A stretch of 38,502 nucleotides of DNA from an uncultured Vampirovibrio sp. Lineage in GTDB: Bacteria; Cyanobacteriota; Vampirovibrionia; Gastranaerophilales; Gastranaerophilaceae. Numbering within the stretch: position 1 is the stretch's first letter; every line of letters starts with the position of its first letter. Position numbers and translations under genes: made by a program. Location: assembly GCA_964431115.1 (NCBI GenBank), contig CAYSIO010000001.1, forward strand, positions 1 to 38,502, in the 5' to 3' direction. This document shows, one piece after another, positions 19,693 to 29,442 of the stretch. The notes beneath the pieces were generated by a model. It was not told the DNA's origin. It was given only the letters and a program-made list of their open reading frames with translations, and made no database searches.

Positions 19693-19725
19693 TATCTATT
19701 ATCTAAAGAAATAAATATTATACAT

Positions 19726-19755
19726 AAAAAGCGACTCATTGGTGTTGAGTCGCTT
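19726..19755 (-). terminator. Rho-independent terminator (possibly bidirectional)
   Basis: AAGCGACTCA-7 nt-TGAGTCGCTT, with a T-run on the minus strand. Confidence 0.75.
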
Positions 19756-19848
19756 GTCAATTTTCCCTATTTTTTCCTTTTTCCGCTTGGAGTAAATGTA
19801 ATTCCTCTCGGAATACATATTACCCACTAAAACATTTTAATTACAATC

Positions 19849-20037
19849 TTAATCTAATAAAGCTTCTAAGATTGCAGCATTTTTAGTAGCGATTGTAGAA
19901 GATTTTACTCTGCTTTTGTACATGTAGCTACGCAAAGCTTCTCTAATCAATTCTGAACGAGTGCGGTTTTCACCCTCTGCTACCTGGTCAATTCTGCTTA
20001 AAAATTCTTCCGGCATGGAAATCAAAACTCTTGCCAT
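19849..20037 (-). CDS. CopG/ribbon-helix-helix transcriptional regulator
   Basis: RVLISMPEEFLSRID...RTRSELIREAL pattern; AAGGAG RBS. Confidence 0.88.
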   Translation of the reverse strand: MARVLISMPEEFLSRIDQVAEGENRTRSELIREALRSYMYKSRVKSSTIATKNAAILEALLD

Positions 20038-20151
20038 AGTATATTTCTCCTTTACTGTATTAATAGCGATATTAGATATCCTGTATATATATAAAGTAAC
20101 GAGAACAGAAAAAATTGCCTTTTTTATTTAAGTTTGTAAACTTTTGTAAAC

Positions 20152-20185
20152 AAAACCCCTGAAACCTTTTGGTATCAGGGGTTTT
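20152..20185 (-). terminator. Rho-independent terminator of the SLH gene
   Basis: AAAACCCCTGA.ACC-TTTT-GGT.TCAGGGGTTTT hairpin just after the stop codon. Confidence 0.8.
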
Positions 20186-20207
20186 AAATTTTATCCAAGT
20201 TTGAAGA

Positions 20208-21611
20208 TTAGAAAATGATTGTTAATTCTTCATCCGGATTCAAGCTGGAATCGTTAGTTGTATTAGGAACGATGATGTATTTGCATTCGTCAACGAATTC
20301 GTAAAGAACACCGAAAGTTCCGCTTACAGCTAATTTAGATAGGTTATAAACACCTTTACCAACAGTGATAAAGCTGCTTCCTACGCTCTTAAGGCCTTTA
20401 AGAGGGTGTAAAGAAGCTGTATCAGCAAATGCATCTGACCAGTTTCCGCCGTATTCTTCAACGCCGTTAGCAATTACTTCTGCGCCTTCAGAAACTGTTC
20501 TTCCTGCAACACCTGCAACTCTACCAACCATTGAGAATGGAGCTCCTAATACTCTTGAAACGATGTTAGGATTTTTCATTACATCAACTTGAGCGCTTGA
20601 AAGTCTCTTAGGGAAGCAAGCGCAATTTTCACCGTTTTTGATTGATTCGAATTGAACTTCGATGTAACCAGGTCTCTTAACACCAGGTCTGGCAACTGCA
20701 GAAACAACACCTTTAACTGTTGAACCTGCAGGGAAGCAAACACCGTTAATTGTTACATCTTCAGTTGTTTTAGCTGTGAAAGTATCGTTTACGTTAGAAG
20801 TTCTAGCGCTGATTCTTTCGCTAAGTTTGATTTTTACAGCAACCGGTTCATATTTAGTTGCACAACCGATTGCACCATTTGATAAATCAATTTGGAAGTT
20901 TCTCTTCATAGCTGATACAAAGTAAGCAACTTGTTCTTTAGATAGATATTCGTCATTGATTACTTTATCAGTATTAGGAACAACACCTAATAAGCCGGAA
21001 GCGATAACTTCGTTTGTTGCTTTATAAGCCCACTCAGGAACATATTTAATAGTTTGTCCGTTTAAAACAGGAACAGAATCATTTGATTCAAGATTCATTA
21101 ATTTAGCAAAAGTACAGAATACTTCAGCTTTTGTAATAGCTTTATCAGGTTTGAAAGTTGAATCAGGGTAGCCAATCATAACATCAGCTGTTAAAGCTCT
21201 TTCAATTTCAGCTTTAGCCCAATAACCATCTGACAAATCAGTATATTTTGTAGAATCACCGTCTTTTAGACCTAAGCCTTCAGAAATCAAGAATGCTAAC
21301 TCAGAACGTAAAACAGGCATTTTTGGATCATATAAAGCGCCTCTTTTTTTGTCCATTTTAGCTTGCATATCGTTAAGCATTTGTTTTGCAAAACGTCCCA
21401 CAACAACGTTTTGTTTACCTTCAATAGTTTTAACATGGCAAGGTTTATAAATTTTGCCACCAACAATAACATCACTTTCTGCAGTTACAAGAGCGTGACC
21501 TTGTGAACCGAAAAGTGTAGGGTGTGCGTAAGCTTGAATAGAATCTGCTGCAGAAGCAACACCTGCTGTAACGCAAAGAACACCTACTGCTGTTAAAAGT
21601 TCTCTTTTCAT
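20208..21611 (-). CDS. S-layer homology (SLH) domain exported protein with C-terminal beta-rich domain
   Basis: Signal peptide; YTDLSDGYWA...IGYPDSTFKPDKAITKAE SLH motif; AAGGAG RBS. Confidence 0.85.
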   Translation of the reverse strand: MKRELLTAVGVLCVTAGVASAADSIQAYAHPTLFGSQGHALVTAESDVIVGGKIYKPCHVKTIEGKQNVVVGRFAKQMLNDMQAKMDKKRGALYDPKMPVLRSELAFLISEGLGLKDGDSTKYTDLSDGYWAKAEIERALTADVMIGYPDSTFKPDKAITKAEVFCTFAKLMNLESNDSVPVLNGQTIKYVPEWAYKATNEVIASGLLGVVPNTDKVINDEYLSKEQVAYFVSAMKRNFQIDLSNGAIGCATKYEPVAVKIKLSERISARTSNVNDTFTAKTTEDVTINGVCFPAGSTVKGVVSAVARPGVKRPGYIEVQFESIKNGENCACFPKRLSSAQVDVMKNPNIVSRVLGAPFSMVGRVAGVAGRTVSEGAEVIANGVEEYGGNWSDAFADTASLHPLKGLKSVGSSFITVGKGVYNLSKLAVSGTFGVLYEFVDECKYIIVPNTTNDSSLNPDEELTIIF

Positions 21612-21697
21612 ACGTCTCCTTTCATTCAGTCTTTAATTAAAAAGACTACTATTCTTATATATCTACTATACCATGATTTTTTTATTTTGTATCATTT

Positions 21698-22723
21698 TTA
21701 CAAAGAAAATTTTGGAAGAATATTATTATTTTTTTTAGTAAACAAATATGCTTGCGGATAACAATAATCTTCTCTAAATCCGATTTTTCTGTACATTTTT
21801 AAAGCTTTGTAATTATTTGTCTCAGTTGTTACGTTAACCTCTGAAAAGTCGCGTTTGCCTAATTTCACCCAATCGACTAATGTTTTGATTGTTCTGTTAA
21901 GTAACAACTCAGAGAACCCATGTCCTCTGTGTCCCTTTTCTATCGCTACAAGAGGAATATTCGCAATTTTACCCCCCGTAACGTTTGCAAAAGCAAAACC
22001 GCAAGGAACATCGTTATATAATAAAACGGAAGTTGCTTCCGGTAAAAATTCACCGTAAATATTTTCCACAACTTTATTAATTATATCAGTTGTTCCTTCC
22101 ATTGTTTTATAACGTGAATCATATAATGCATCTTGCGTATCACGGAAAGATTCGTGTATAACTCGGATTGCATCTTCTCTAAACGAATCATCATAACTTA
22201 CGATTTTATATTCATCAGGCTTATCTGCTAATTTCATATTTTCTAAAATTCTTTCAGAAGAAGCGTTTCCCATAACAAATCTAAGAACCGCAAGTCCGAT
22301 AAATTTGAAACCATAACGTGCAATATCAGCTGTAAATACAGATTGATGTCCTAGCATAGGATAGGACACAACTTTATTTTGTCGTTCAGCTTCAGTAAGT
22401 TCTAAGAATTTTTCGATTAAAGCTTTTTGTTTCGGGATTTCATCTTCTGTTCCAAGACAATGAATAATATTTAGTTCTATAGATTCTGAAATAGAAGTTG
22501 TATAAACTAAAAATGCAGTAGGAATAAGATTTTCTTTTAACACAATACAAGACAAATATCCGTTTTCAACGGCATCAATAAATTCATCATATTCAAGAGG
22601 CTCAAGTTCAAATTTATACTCACTAACAGCTTTTGCCTTGAAGTCGTTATACACACCTTTAAAAATTTTAAAAGTGCTACTATCAAGTAATTCTACTTCA
22701 TAATTCATTTCTGCCATAACCAT
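21698..22723 (-). CDS. GNAT-family N-acetyltransferase (probably tandem domain)
   Basis: C-terminal VAI...HRGHG.S..LL and N.KALKMYRKIGF motifs. Confidence 0.8.
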   Translation of the reverse strand: MVMAEMNYEVELLDSSTFKIFKGVYNDFKAKAVSEYKFELEPLEYDEFIDAVENGYLSCIVLKENLIPTAFLVYTTSISESIELNIIHCLGTEDEIPKQKALIEKFLELTEAERQNKVVSYPMLGHQSVFTADIARYGFKFIGLAVLRFVMGNASSERILENMKLADKPDEYKIVSYDDSFREDAIRVIHESFRDTQDALYDSRYKTMEGTTDIINKVVENIYGEFLPEATSVLLYNDVPCGFAFANVTGGKIANIPLVAIEKGHRGHGFSELLLNRTIKTLVDWVKLGKRDFSEVNVTTETNNYKALKMYRKIGFREDYCYPQAYLFTKKNNNILPKFSL

Positions 22724-22727
22724 TCCT

Positions 22728-23936
22728 CTACATTAAGTGATGCATTTTTTCACGTTTAGTATTTATATATTTTTCATTGTATTTATTAACTTCTGATTTT
22801 ATATTTATGTTCTCGTGTATTGTAAGTCCGTATCCTTTTAGCCCGATAATTTTTTTAGGATTGTTTGTAATTAAATTAAAATTATTGAATCCTAAATCGA
22901 GAATAATTTGAGCGCCAACTCCGTAGTTTCTTAAATCCGGAGCAAATCCTAAAGATACATTAGCTTCTACGGTATCCTGTCCTTCTTCTTGAAGCTTATA
23001 CGCTTTAAGTTTATTAATTAATCCAATTCCGCGTCCTTCGTGGTCTCTCATATAAATAAGAGCGCCTTTGCCGTATTCTTCAATCATTTTAAGAGCTTCG
23101 TGTAATTGCCAGTTGCAATCGCATTTAAGACTGTGGAAAATATCGCCTGTCAAACATTCGCTATGTACTCTTATTAGCGGCGTTTTGTCACTTCCGTCAT
23201 CTTTTACTAACGCAACATGTTCGCAATTAGAGATAGTATCTCTATAGCCGACAATTTTGAAATCTCCAAACTGAGTAGGTAAGAATGTTTCAACTTCTTT
23301 TTGGACAAATCTTTCTCGTTCCAGTCTGTAAGCTATTAAATCTGAAACAGTAATAAACTTAAAACCGTGTTTTTTAGCGAAAGCATGAAGCTCATCTCTT
23401 CTAGCCATTTCGCCATTTTCAGACATAATTTCACACATAACACCGGCAGGTCTGTGTCCGCAAAGTTTAGCTAAATCAACAACAGCTTCTGTATGACCAC
23501 AGCGTTTAAGCACACCGCCTTTTCTTGCTACACAAGGGAACATATGCCCTGGTCGAACTAAATCTGCTGGAACTGCATCAGGAGCAACCGCTATTTCAAT
23601 TGTTTTTGCTCTGTCATAAGCAGAAATTCCTGTTGTGACTCCAAATTTTGGATGACCGTCAATGCTTAAAGAAAAAGCTGTTTGCATTGATTCTGTGTTT
23701 CTTTGAACCATTTGTGGTAATTCAAGCTTTTCAGCAATTTCTGAATCAATCGCTAAACAAACCAAACCTCTGCATTCTTTTGTTATAAAGTTAATCAATT
23801 CGGGTGTCACAAATTGCGCAGAACAAATCAAGTCGCCTTCGTTTTCTCTGTCTTCGTCGTCAGCAACAATAAGAGGTTTTCCTAATTTAAAATCCTCTAA
23901 TGCTTCTTGAATTGTACTAAATTGATTTGTGTTCAT
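22728..23936 (-). CDS. ribBA: Bifunctional DHBP synthase / GTP cyclohydrolase II
   Basis: [29 protein letters not shown]...CDC, HEGRGIG and TNNPKK motifs. Confidence 0.96.
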   Translation of the reverse strand: MNTNQFSTIQEALEDFKLGKPLIVADDEDRENEGDLICSAQFVTPELINFITKECRGLVCLAIDSEIAEKLELPQMVQRNTESMQTAFSLSIDGHPKFGVTTGISAYDRAKTIEIAVAPDAVPADLVRPGHMFPCVARKGGVLKRCGHTEAVVDLAKLCGHRPAGVMCEIMSENGEMARRDELHAFAKKHGFKFITVSDLIAYRLERERFVQKEVETFLPTQFGDFKIVGYRDTISNCEHVALVKDDGSDKTPLIRVHSECLTGDIFHSLKCDCNWQLHEALKMIEEYGKGALIYMRDHEGRGIGLINKLKAYKLQEEGQDTVEANVSLGFAPDLRNYGVGAQIILDLGFNNFNLITNNPKKIIGLKGYGLTIHENINIKSEVNKYNEKYINTKREKMHHLM

Positions 23937-23941
23937 TTTTA

Positions 23942-23981
23942 AAGTGAATAAGTGATTGAGTGACTAAGTGATTAAGTCATT
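23942..23981. repeat. Degenerate 8-bp tandem repeat, 5 copies (consensus AAGTGATT)
   Basis: AAGTGAAT AAGTGATT GAGTGACT AAGTGATT AAGTCATT. Confidence 0.8.
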
Positions 23982-24022
23982 TAAATTATAATCTCAATAC
24001 TTATATTTTCCTTTCTTTACCC

Positions 24023-24649
24023 CTAAAATCCATGCTCTTGCAGGAATTCAAGGCTTATTCTTGATTTATTATCACCCGTTGATAAAAATTTTTCAATATA
24101 TTTGGCGATCATATCGACCTCAATGTTTACAAAATCGCCGTTTTTAAGTTCTTTTAAACTTGTATTTTCGTATGTGTGCGGAATTATCGCAACTTTTACA
24201 GTATTTACCCCTACCCCTGCAATTGTTAAGCTGATTCCGTTAATTGCAATTGAACCTTTTTTGATAACATATTTTGCCAGTTCAGAAGGTAATTCGACAT
24301 TTAGCTCATAAAAATCGCCTTGAGGTCTGCAAGAAATGAATTTTCCCCTGCCGTCAATATGACCTGAAACGATATGTCCGCCGAATCTGCCATCTGCTTT
24401 CATTGCACGTTCAAGGTTAACTAGGTTTCCTACGTGCAAGTCTCCCAAAGAAGTCACTTTAAATGTTTCCGGTGAAACATCTGCTACAAAACCTTTCGGT
24501 AAAATTTCAACAACAGTTAAGCAAACTCCATTGACTGCGATGCTGTCACCGAGTTTAGTTCCTTCAAGTACCGTTCCACACTCAACGGTAATATCCTTGG
24601 ATGTGATGTTAAGGATTTTTCCAAATTCTTCTATAATACCCGTGAACAT
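24023..24649 (-). CDS. ribE: Riboflavin synthase (alpha chain)
   Basis: MFTGIIE, GDSIAVNGVCLTV, VNLERA and GGHIVSGHID motifs. Confidence 0.96.
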   Translation of the reverse strand: MFTGIIEEFGKILNITSKDITVECGTVLEGTKLGDSIAVNGVCLTVVEILPKGFVADVSPETFKVTSLGDLHVGNLVNLERAMKADGRFGGHIVSGHIDGRGKFISCRPQGDFYELNVELPSELAKYVIKKGSIAINGISLTIAGVGVNTVKVAIIPHTYENTSLKELKNGDFVNIEVDMIAKYIEKFLSTGDNKSRISLEFLQEHGF

Positions 24650-24655
24650 GGCTTG

Positions 24656-24684
24656 ATTATATCATGAAAGGGGAAAATAGTAAA
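24656..24684 (-). promoter_or_regulatory. Sigma70-type promoter giving a probably leaderless ribE mRNA
   Basis: TTTACT-17 nt (ending TGA)-TATAAT-6 nt-ATG; no Shine-Dalgarno sequence. Confidence 0.6.
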
Positions 24685-24692
24685 TTTATCTA

Positions 24693-24848
24693 TTAATTTT
24701 CTTTGTAATGTTGTTTTACGTAGTCTTTTATCAAAGTAGTTCCTAAATTACCTGCTGTTCTGTTTTGTTCAACCGCAAGTTTTTTAAACTTTTCATAAAT
24801 GTCATTATCTACAAGTAATACAAAACGTTTTTTACTATCTTTTATCAT
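24693..24848 (-). CDS. 51-aa Arc/CopG-like ribbon-helix-helix protein (not in the ORF track)
   Basis: Manual translation MIKDSKKRFVLLVDNDIYEKFKKLAVEQNRTAGNLGTTLIKDYVKQHYKEN; AAGGTGGG RBS; strand-helix-helix pattern. Confidence 0.75.
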   Translation of the reverse strand: MIKDSKKRFVLLVDNDIYEKFKKLAVEQNRTAGNLGTTLIKDYVKQHYKEN

Positions 24849-24860
24849 AAATTACCCACC

Positions 24861-24947
24861 TTGTTGTAATTTTATTACATATAAGTTACAATAACAATTG
24901 CAATAAAATTGTAATTATGTTATATTTAATTACAACAAAGTTGCAAT
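24861..24947. promoter_or_regulatory. Operator-like array overlapping a sigma70 promoter
   Basis: 11-bp inverted repeat TTGTTGTAATT (24861) / AATTACAACAA (24928); repeated TTRCAA/TTGYAA hexamers; TTGCAA-17-TATATT with TGn at 24898-24926. Confidence 0.6.
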
Positions 24948-24961
24948 CAAAGAGGTATGTC

Positions 24962-25195
24962 ATGGACTACGAAACTTTTTTATCTTATATTTATACACCA
25001 CTTAAATCTATAGAACTTCTATCAGATACGATTTATTACAAATACAATGAAGAGTGGGATTTTATTGAAAATGAAGAATCAAGAAAGCATGTCCAAGAGC
25101 TTCTTTCTTTAAATTTTTCAATAAAACAGGTTGTAAAATATCTATTAAATTTAAGAAAAAATTCCATCGAATCTCTTGAAGTTAATAGTGATTAG
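24962..25195 (+). CDS. Hypothetical 77-aa helical protein
   Basis: AGAGGT RBS before ATG 24962, with a promoter upstream. Confidence 0.65.
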   Translation: MDYETFLSYIYTPLKSIELLSDTIYYKYNEEWDFIENEESRKHVQELLSLNFSIKQVVKYLLNLRKNSIESLEVNSD

Positions 25196-26915
25196 CGATT
25201 TGGGCAGTTTCAAAAATATCCACAAAATCAAATTTGTTTGTATCAAAAATCCCTTTGTCCGTAACCTTTAGTTCCGGAATTACAGGTAATGACATGAAAG
25301 CCATTGTCATGAACGGATCTTCAAGAGTGCAACCTATTGAATGCGAAGCATTGTTTAGCTCTGCGCATTTTTCCAAAACAAAATTGAAATCTTTATCTGA
25401 CATTAATCCCGCAATCGGAAGCGGTAATCTTGAAATTACTTCTCCGTTGTTCACAACAACTTTTCCGCCTTGTGATTTAACAAGTTCTACCGCTGCTACA
25501 TACATGTCGTAGTCATTTGTGCCGACAACAATCATGTTGTGAGAATCGTGCGCTACAGTTGATGCAATTGCGCCGGATTTTAAATTAAACCCTTTAACAA
25601 AACCTTTGCCGATATTTCCGGTCGCTCTATGACGTTCGATTACGCAAATTTTTAAAGTATCAGTATCAATGTTACTAACAGCGTTTCCGTCTTCTATTTT
25701 TATTTTAGATTCAACTGATTTTGTAACGAGTTGATGCGGAATAACTTGAATAGCTTTTACAGTATCAGATTTTGCTTCGATTCTAAAATCGTCCTGTTCA
25801 ATCCATTTTACGTTTACGGAACCACGCATTGCAGGAGTTTCAAACTCTTCCATTGTTGTTACGAGTTTACCGTTTTCTACGATTATTTTACCGTCTTTTA
25901 GCACGAAATCAGGTTTAAATGATTTTAAATCAGGTAAAATTAAAAGATCTGCTTTATAACTTGGAGCAATTGCACCAAGGTTTTTGAGTCCAAAATATTC
26001 TGCAGTATTTAAGCTTGCACATTGAACTGCTTTTATTGGGTCAACGCCAGCTTCAACAGCTCTGCGAACCATTCCGTTAATATGTTCTTTCAAGTCTGAC
26101 GGATGTCTGTCGTCAGTTACAAATAAGCATTTGCGAGTATTACATTCTTTTAAAACAGGAATTAAAGCTTCCAAATCTTTTGCGGCCGTACCTTCTCTAA
26201 TCATTAAATACATTCCCAAGCGAAGTTTTTCGATAGCTTCTTTTGGTGTTGTACATTCGTGATCCGATTTAACTCCGCTTGCTATATACGCACATAAATC
26301 TTTATTAGACAAGAATGGTGCGTGTCCGTCGATTCTTTTATCTCTTTGTTTTGCAAGCTCCAGTTTTGCCATAACGTTTTTATCAAGATTTAAAACCCCT
26401 GGAAAATTCATCATTTCAGCAATGCCTAATACCCAAGCCTTGTCAATTAAAAGTGATAAATCATAGCTGTTCAAATCAAAACCGGATGTTTCAAAAGGCG
26501 TTGCAGGCACGCAAGACGGTAGCATTGTATAAACATCTAACGGTAAATTTTTAACAGCTTCGTGCATAAAACTTATTCCGTGTAAGCCAAAAACATTTGA
26601 GATTTCGTGAGGGTCGGCAATTGCAGTTGTAGTACCTGCGGGGAGAACCGTTTTGGCAAACTCTTTCGGTAACATCATAGAACTTTCTAGGTGAACGTGT
26701 CCGTCAATAAATGATGGGGTTACATAAGCTCCGTTTACATCGATTTCTTTGTGTCCGGAATAATCTTCTCCGATACCAACAATAATTCCGTCTTCGATTG
26801 CAATATCGCCTTTGTGAATTTCTTCTGAAAGAACGTTTACGATATTAGCATTTTTTATAACTAATTCAGCTTTTTCCAAGCCTCTTGCTACGTTTATAAC
26901 TTTTTGCTGTGACAT
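25182..26915 (-). CDS. ade: Adenine deaminase
   Basis: FIDGHVHLESS, DPHEI, EMMNFPG, DGHAP, SDHE, TDD and STVAHDSHN motifs. Confidence 0.95.
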   Translation of the reverse strand: MSQQKVINVARGLEKAELVIKNANIVNVLSEEIHKGDIAIEDGIIVGIGEDYSGHKEIDVNGAYVTPSFIDGHVHLESSMMLPKEFAKTVLPAGTTTAIADPHEISNVFGLHGISFMHEAVKNLPLDVYTMLPSCVPATPFETSGFDLNSYDLSLLIDKAWVLGIAEMMNFPGVLNLDKNVMAKLELAKQRDKRIDGHAPFLSNKDLCAYIASGVKSDHECTTPKEAIEKLRLGMYLMIREGTAAKDLEALIPVLKECNTRKCLFVTDDRHPSDLKEHINGMVRRAVEAGVDPIKAVQCASLNTAEYFGLKNLGAIAPSYKADLLILPDLKSFKPDFVLKDGKIIVENGKLVTTMEEFETPAMRGSVNVKWIEQDDFRIEAKSDTVKAIQVIPHQLVTKSVESKIKIEDGNAVSNIDTDTLKICVIERHRATGNIGKGFVKGFNLKSGAIASTVAHDSHNMIVVGTNDYDMYVAAVELVKSQGGKVVVNNGEVISRLPLPIAGLMSDKDFNFVLEKCAELNNASHSIGCTLEDPFMTMAFMSLPVIPELKVTDKGIFDTNKFDFVDIFETAQIANHY

Positions 26916-26925
26916 AGTTTTATCC

Positions 26926-27504
26926 TTATATAATTGTTGGTAAATATTCTAAAAGCTTACTTAAGTCTTCTGTTTTAAGGACTTCTTCAATTTGAGTTTT
27001 GTAAGCTTCTGCATTTTCTGTTTTAACAGATGCAGGAAGTTTTATATCCGTATTTTTTTCCGAAGCTACAAAGCCTTTATTTATTACCAAAAACTCTTCA
27101 TAAACATTTAAAAGTTTTATAATATTTTCATCAAACGAGTAGTTTTGTCCAAGAAAATATTTCATATCCTTTGGGAATAATTCCGTAAATTGAATCATAA
27201 AACGGGTATCGGAAATATTCGCCTCTTCGTTATATTCTTGTCCAAAACAGTGGTTTGAAAGTATTTTTTGTTCAGGCTGAGTTTTTATGTATGCAGCCCA
27301 CATAAGACATCCGACATAGAATCCAAGATTGTTGTTAAAGATTTCAAGAAGCTTTTTGTAGTATTGCATAAATTTCATTTTTTTCTGAGAAAGATTCTTG
27401 AAACGATTGATATCAGAGTATAAGTATTCTACAGAACCTCTGAAAGCCAAAATATATGGTCCAAAACCCGGATCAAATTCTAAACCTTTTAGCGCTGTTG
27501 TCAT
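26926..27504 (-). CDS. Conserved hypothetical protein (FDPGF ... FYVGCLMWA)
   Basis: 192-aa ORF with an AGAGG RBS, closely spaced between mnmG and ade. Confidence 0.75.
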   Translation of the reverse strand: MTTALKGLEFDPGFGPYILAFRGSVEYLYSDINRFKNLSQKKMKFMQYYKKLLEIFNNNLGFYVGCLMWAAYIKTQPEQKILSNHCFGQEYNEEANISDTRFMIQFTELFPKDMKYFLGQNYSFDENIIKLLNVYEEFLVINKGFVASEKNTDIKLPASVKTENAEAYKTQIEEVLKTEDLSKLLEYLPTII

Positions 27505-27527
27505 AATATAATCCTCTTTATATTTTT

Positions 27528-29393
27528 TTAACCTTTTAACATTACCATTAATACTGAAATATCAGCAGGCTTAACTCCACCTATTCGGGATGCTTGAGCC
27601 AAATTAGTCGGTCTGATTTTTTCTAATTTTTCTTTTGTCTCGGTAGAAATATGTTTGATTTGAGAATAATCAATATCTGCCGGAATTTTGTATTTTTCTA
27701 ATTTTTCAGTAGATTCAACTTGTTGTTCTTGTCTAGCTATATAGCCGTCATATTTAATTAAAACTTCGACTTCGCCTGTAATGTCTTCACTCAAATTTAA
27801 TTCTTTTGTTGCAGAATCAATTTCTTTAAATACGTCATAATTGATATTCGGGCGTTTAAGAAGTTCTGCCATACGCATACCTCTATCAATATGTTCACCG
27901 TATTTTGCAAGAATTTCATTTACACCTTCTGTTGCGGAAATTTTAACTTCTCTAAGTCTTTCAATCTCTTTTTGTATAGTTTCTTGCTTTGTTCTATAAC
28001 GAGAGTATTGCATATCATCAACAAGCCCGATTTGATATCCAATATCAGTTAAACGAGCATCTGCATTATCTTGTCTTAATAACAATCTGTATTCTGAACG
28101 AGAAGTGAGCATTCTATATGGCTCTTGGATATCTTTTGTGACCAAATCATCAATCAAAGTTCCAATATATGATGAACTTCTTGGAAGCTCTAACATATCT
28201 GATGAATTAAGGTATTTAACAGAGTTAATACCCGCAACCAGACCTTGTGCAGCAGCTTCTTCATAACCGCTGGTACCATTAATTTGACCTGCAAAGAACA
28301 AACCATTAATATCTTTTGACATCAAAGAATGTAAAGTCTGCACAGCAGGAACATAGTCATACTCAACTGCATAAGCAGGTTTAATAATATGTGCCTTTTC
28401 CAGTCCCGGAAGTGAACGCAACATTTCTACCTGAACACATGCCGGTAAACTTGTTGAAAACCCTTGAATATAGACTTCATACGTATTCAAACCTTCCGGC
28501 TCAATAAAAATATGGTGCGAAGGATTAGAAGCAAACCTGACGATTTTATCTTCAATAGAAGGACAATAACGAGGTCCGACACCTTGAATAAGTCCCTGAT
28601 ACATAGGAGATTTGTCGAGGTTTTCTCTAATGACTCTGTGTGTATCTTCGTTTGTGCGAGTTAAATAACAAGGAACTTGCGGACGCACAGGGCGATTTGG
28701 CTTGAATGAATAAAAGCTAAGCTTGTCGTCTCCGGGTTGAATTGTCATTTTGGAATAATCGATTGTACGCTTATCGACACGAGCAGGAGTTCCGGTTTTC
28801 AATTTTTTTGTCTGAATCCCGTTTTTGCGTAACCAATCAGAAAGCCCATAAGCCGCAGCTTCACCTAATCTACCGCCGGGATATGCTTGAAGTCCGATAA
28901 ACATTCTTCCTTCCAGCGAAGTTCCCGTTGTAAGAATTACAGCTCTGCAAGAATACTCAATACCAAATTCATCAATAGCACCACAAATTGCTCCGTCTTT
29001 GGTTTTAAGCTCTGTTATACAACATTGTTTAAGCCAAATATTTGGTGTAGATTCTATAATATTTCTCATATACTGAGAATATTCTTTTTTATCGGATTGT
29101 GCCCTCAAAGCTCTCACGGCAGGACCTTTTGAAGAATTAAGGGTTTTCATTTGAATATAAGTAGCATCAGCTACTTCACCCATAACCCCACCTAAAGCAT
29201 CAATTTCTCTAACAAGAGTAGATTTTGCAGGTCCTCCGATTGCAGGGTTGCAAGGTTGAAGCGCAATATTATCAAGATTAAGCGAGCATAATAGCACATT
29301 ACAACCTAATCTTGCAGCACTTAGAGCCGCTTCGCAGCCTGCATGTCCTGCACCTACGACGATAATGTCAAATTTGTTATTTAGATAATCCAT
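27528..29393 (-). CDS. mnmG: tRNA uridine 5-carboxymethylaminomethyl modification enzyme MnmG/GidA
   Basis: GAGHAGCEAA, CNPAIGG, LKTGTP.R, GPRYCPSIEDK and AGQINGTSGYEEAAAQG motifs. Confidence 0.97.
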   Translation of the reverse strand: MDYLNNKFDIIVVGAGHAGCEAALSAARLGCNVLLCSLNLDNIALQPCNPAIGGPAKSTLVREIDALGGVMGEVADATYIQMKTLNSSKGPAVRALRAQSDKKEYSQYMRNIIESTPNIWLKQCCITELKTKDGAICGAIDEFGIEYSCRAVILTTGTSLEGRMFIGLQAYPGGRLGEAAAYGLSDWLRKNGIQTKKLKTGTPARVDKRTIDYSKMTIQPGDDKLSFYSFKPNRPVRPQVPCYLTRTNEDTHRVIRENLDKSPMYQGLIQGVGPRYCPSIEDKIVRFASNPSHHIFIEPEGLNTYEVYIQGFSTSLPACVQVEMLRSLPGLEKAHIIKPAYAVEYDYVPAVQTLHSLMSKDINGLFFAGQINGTSGYEEAAAQGLVAGINSVKYLNSSDMLELPRSSSYIGTLIDDLVTKDIQEPYRMLTSRSEYRLLLRQDNADARLTDIGYQIGLVDDMQYSRYRTKQETIQKEIERLREVKISATEGVNEILAKYGEHIDRGMRMAELLKRPNINYDVFKEIDSATKELNLSEDITGEVEVLIKYDGYIARQEQQVESTEKLEKYKIPADIDYSQIKHISTETKEKLEKIRPTNLAQASRIGGVKPADISVLMVMLKG

Positions 29394-29399
29394 AAAAAT

Positions 29400-29428
29400 A
29401 TTCTACTACAGGGGTAAATCTATAGCAA
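29400..29428 (-). promoter_or_regulatory. Sigma70-type promoter giving a probably leaderless mnmG mRNA
   Basis: TTGCTA-17 nt-TAGAAT-6 nt-ATG; no Shine-Dalgarno sequence. Confidence 0.6.
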
Positions 29429-29442
29429 ATAAGGAGTGTAAG

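Noticed and set aside
24650..24960. FMN riboswitch upstream of ribE
   Set aside because: No conserved FMN aptamer sequence; the space holds a promoter and a small RHH gene.
24962..25030. HisKA-like motif (YTPLKSI) in the 77-aa protein
   Set aside because: Short similarity with no phospho-accepting His; not enough to assign a family.
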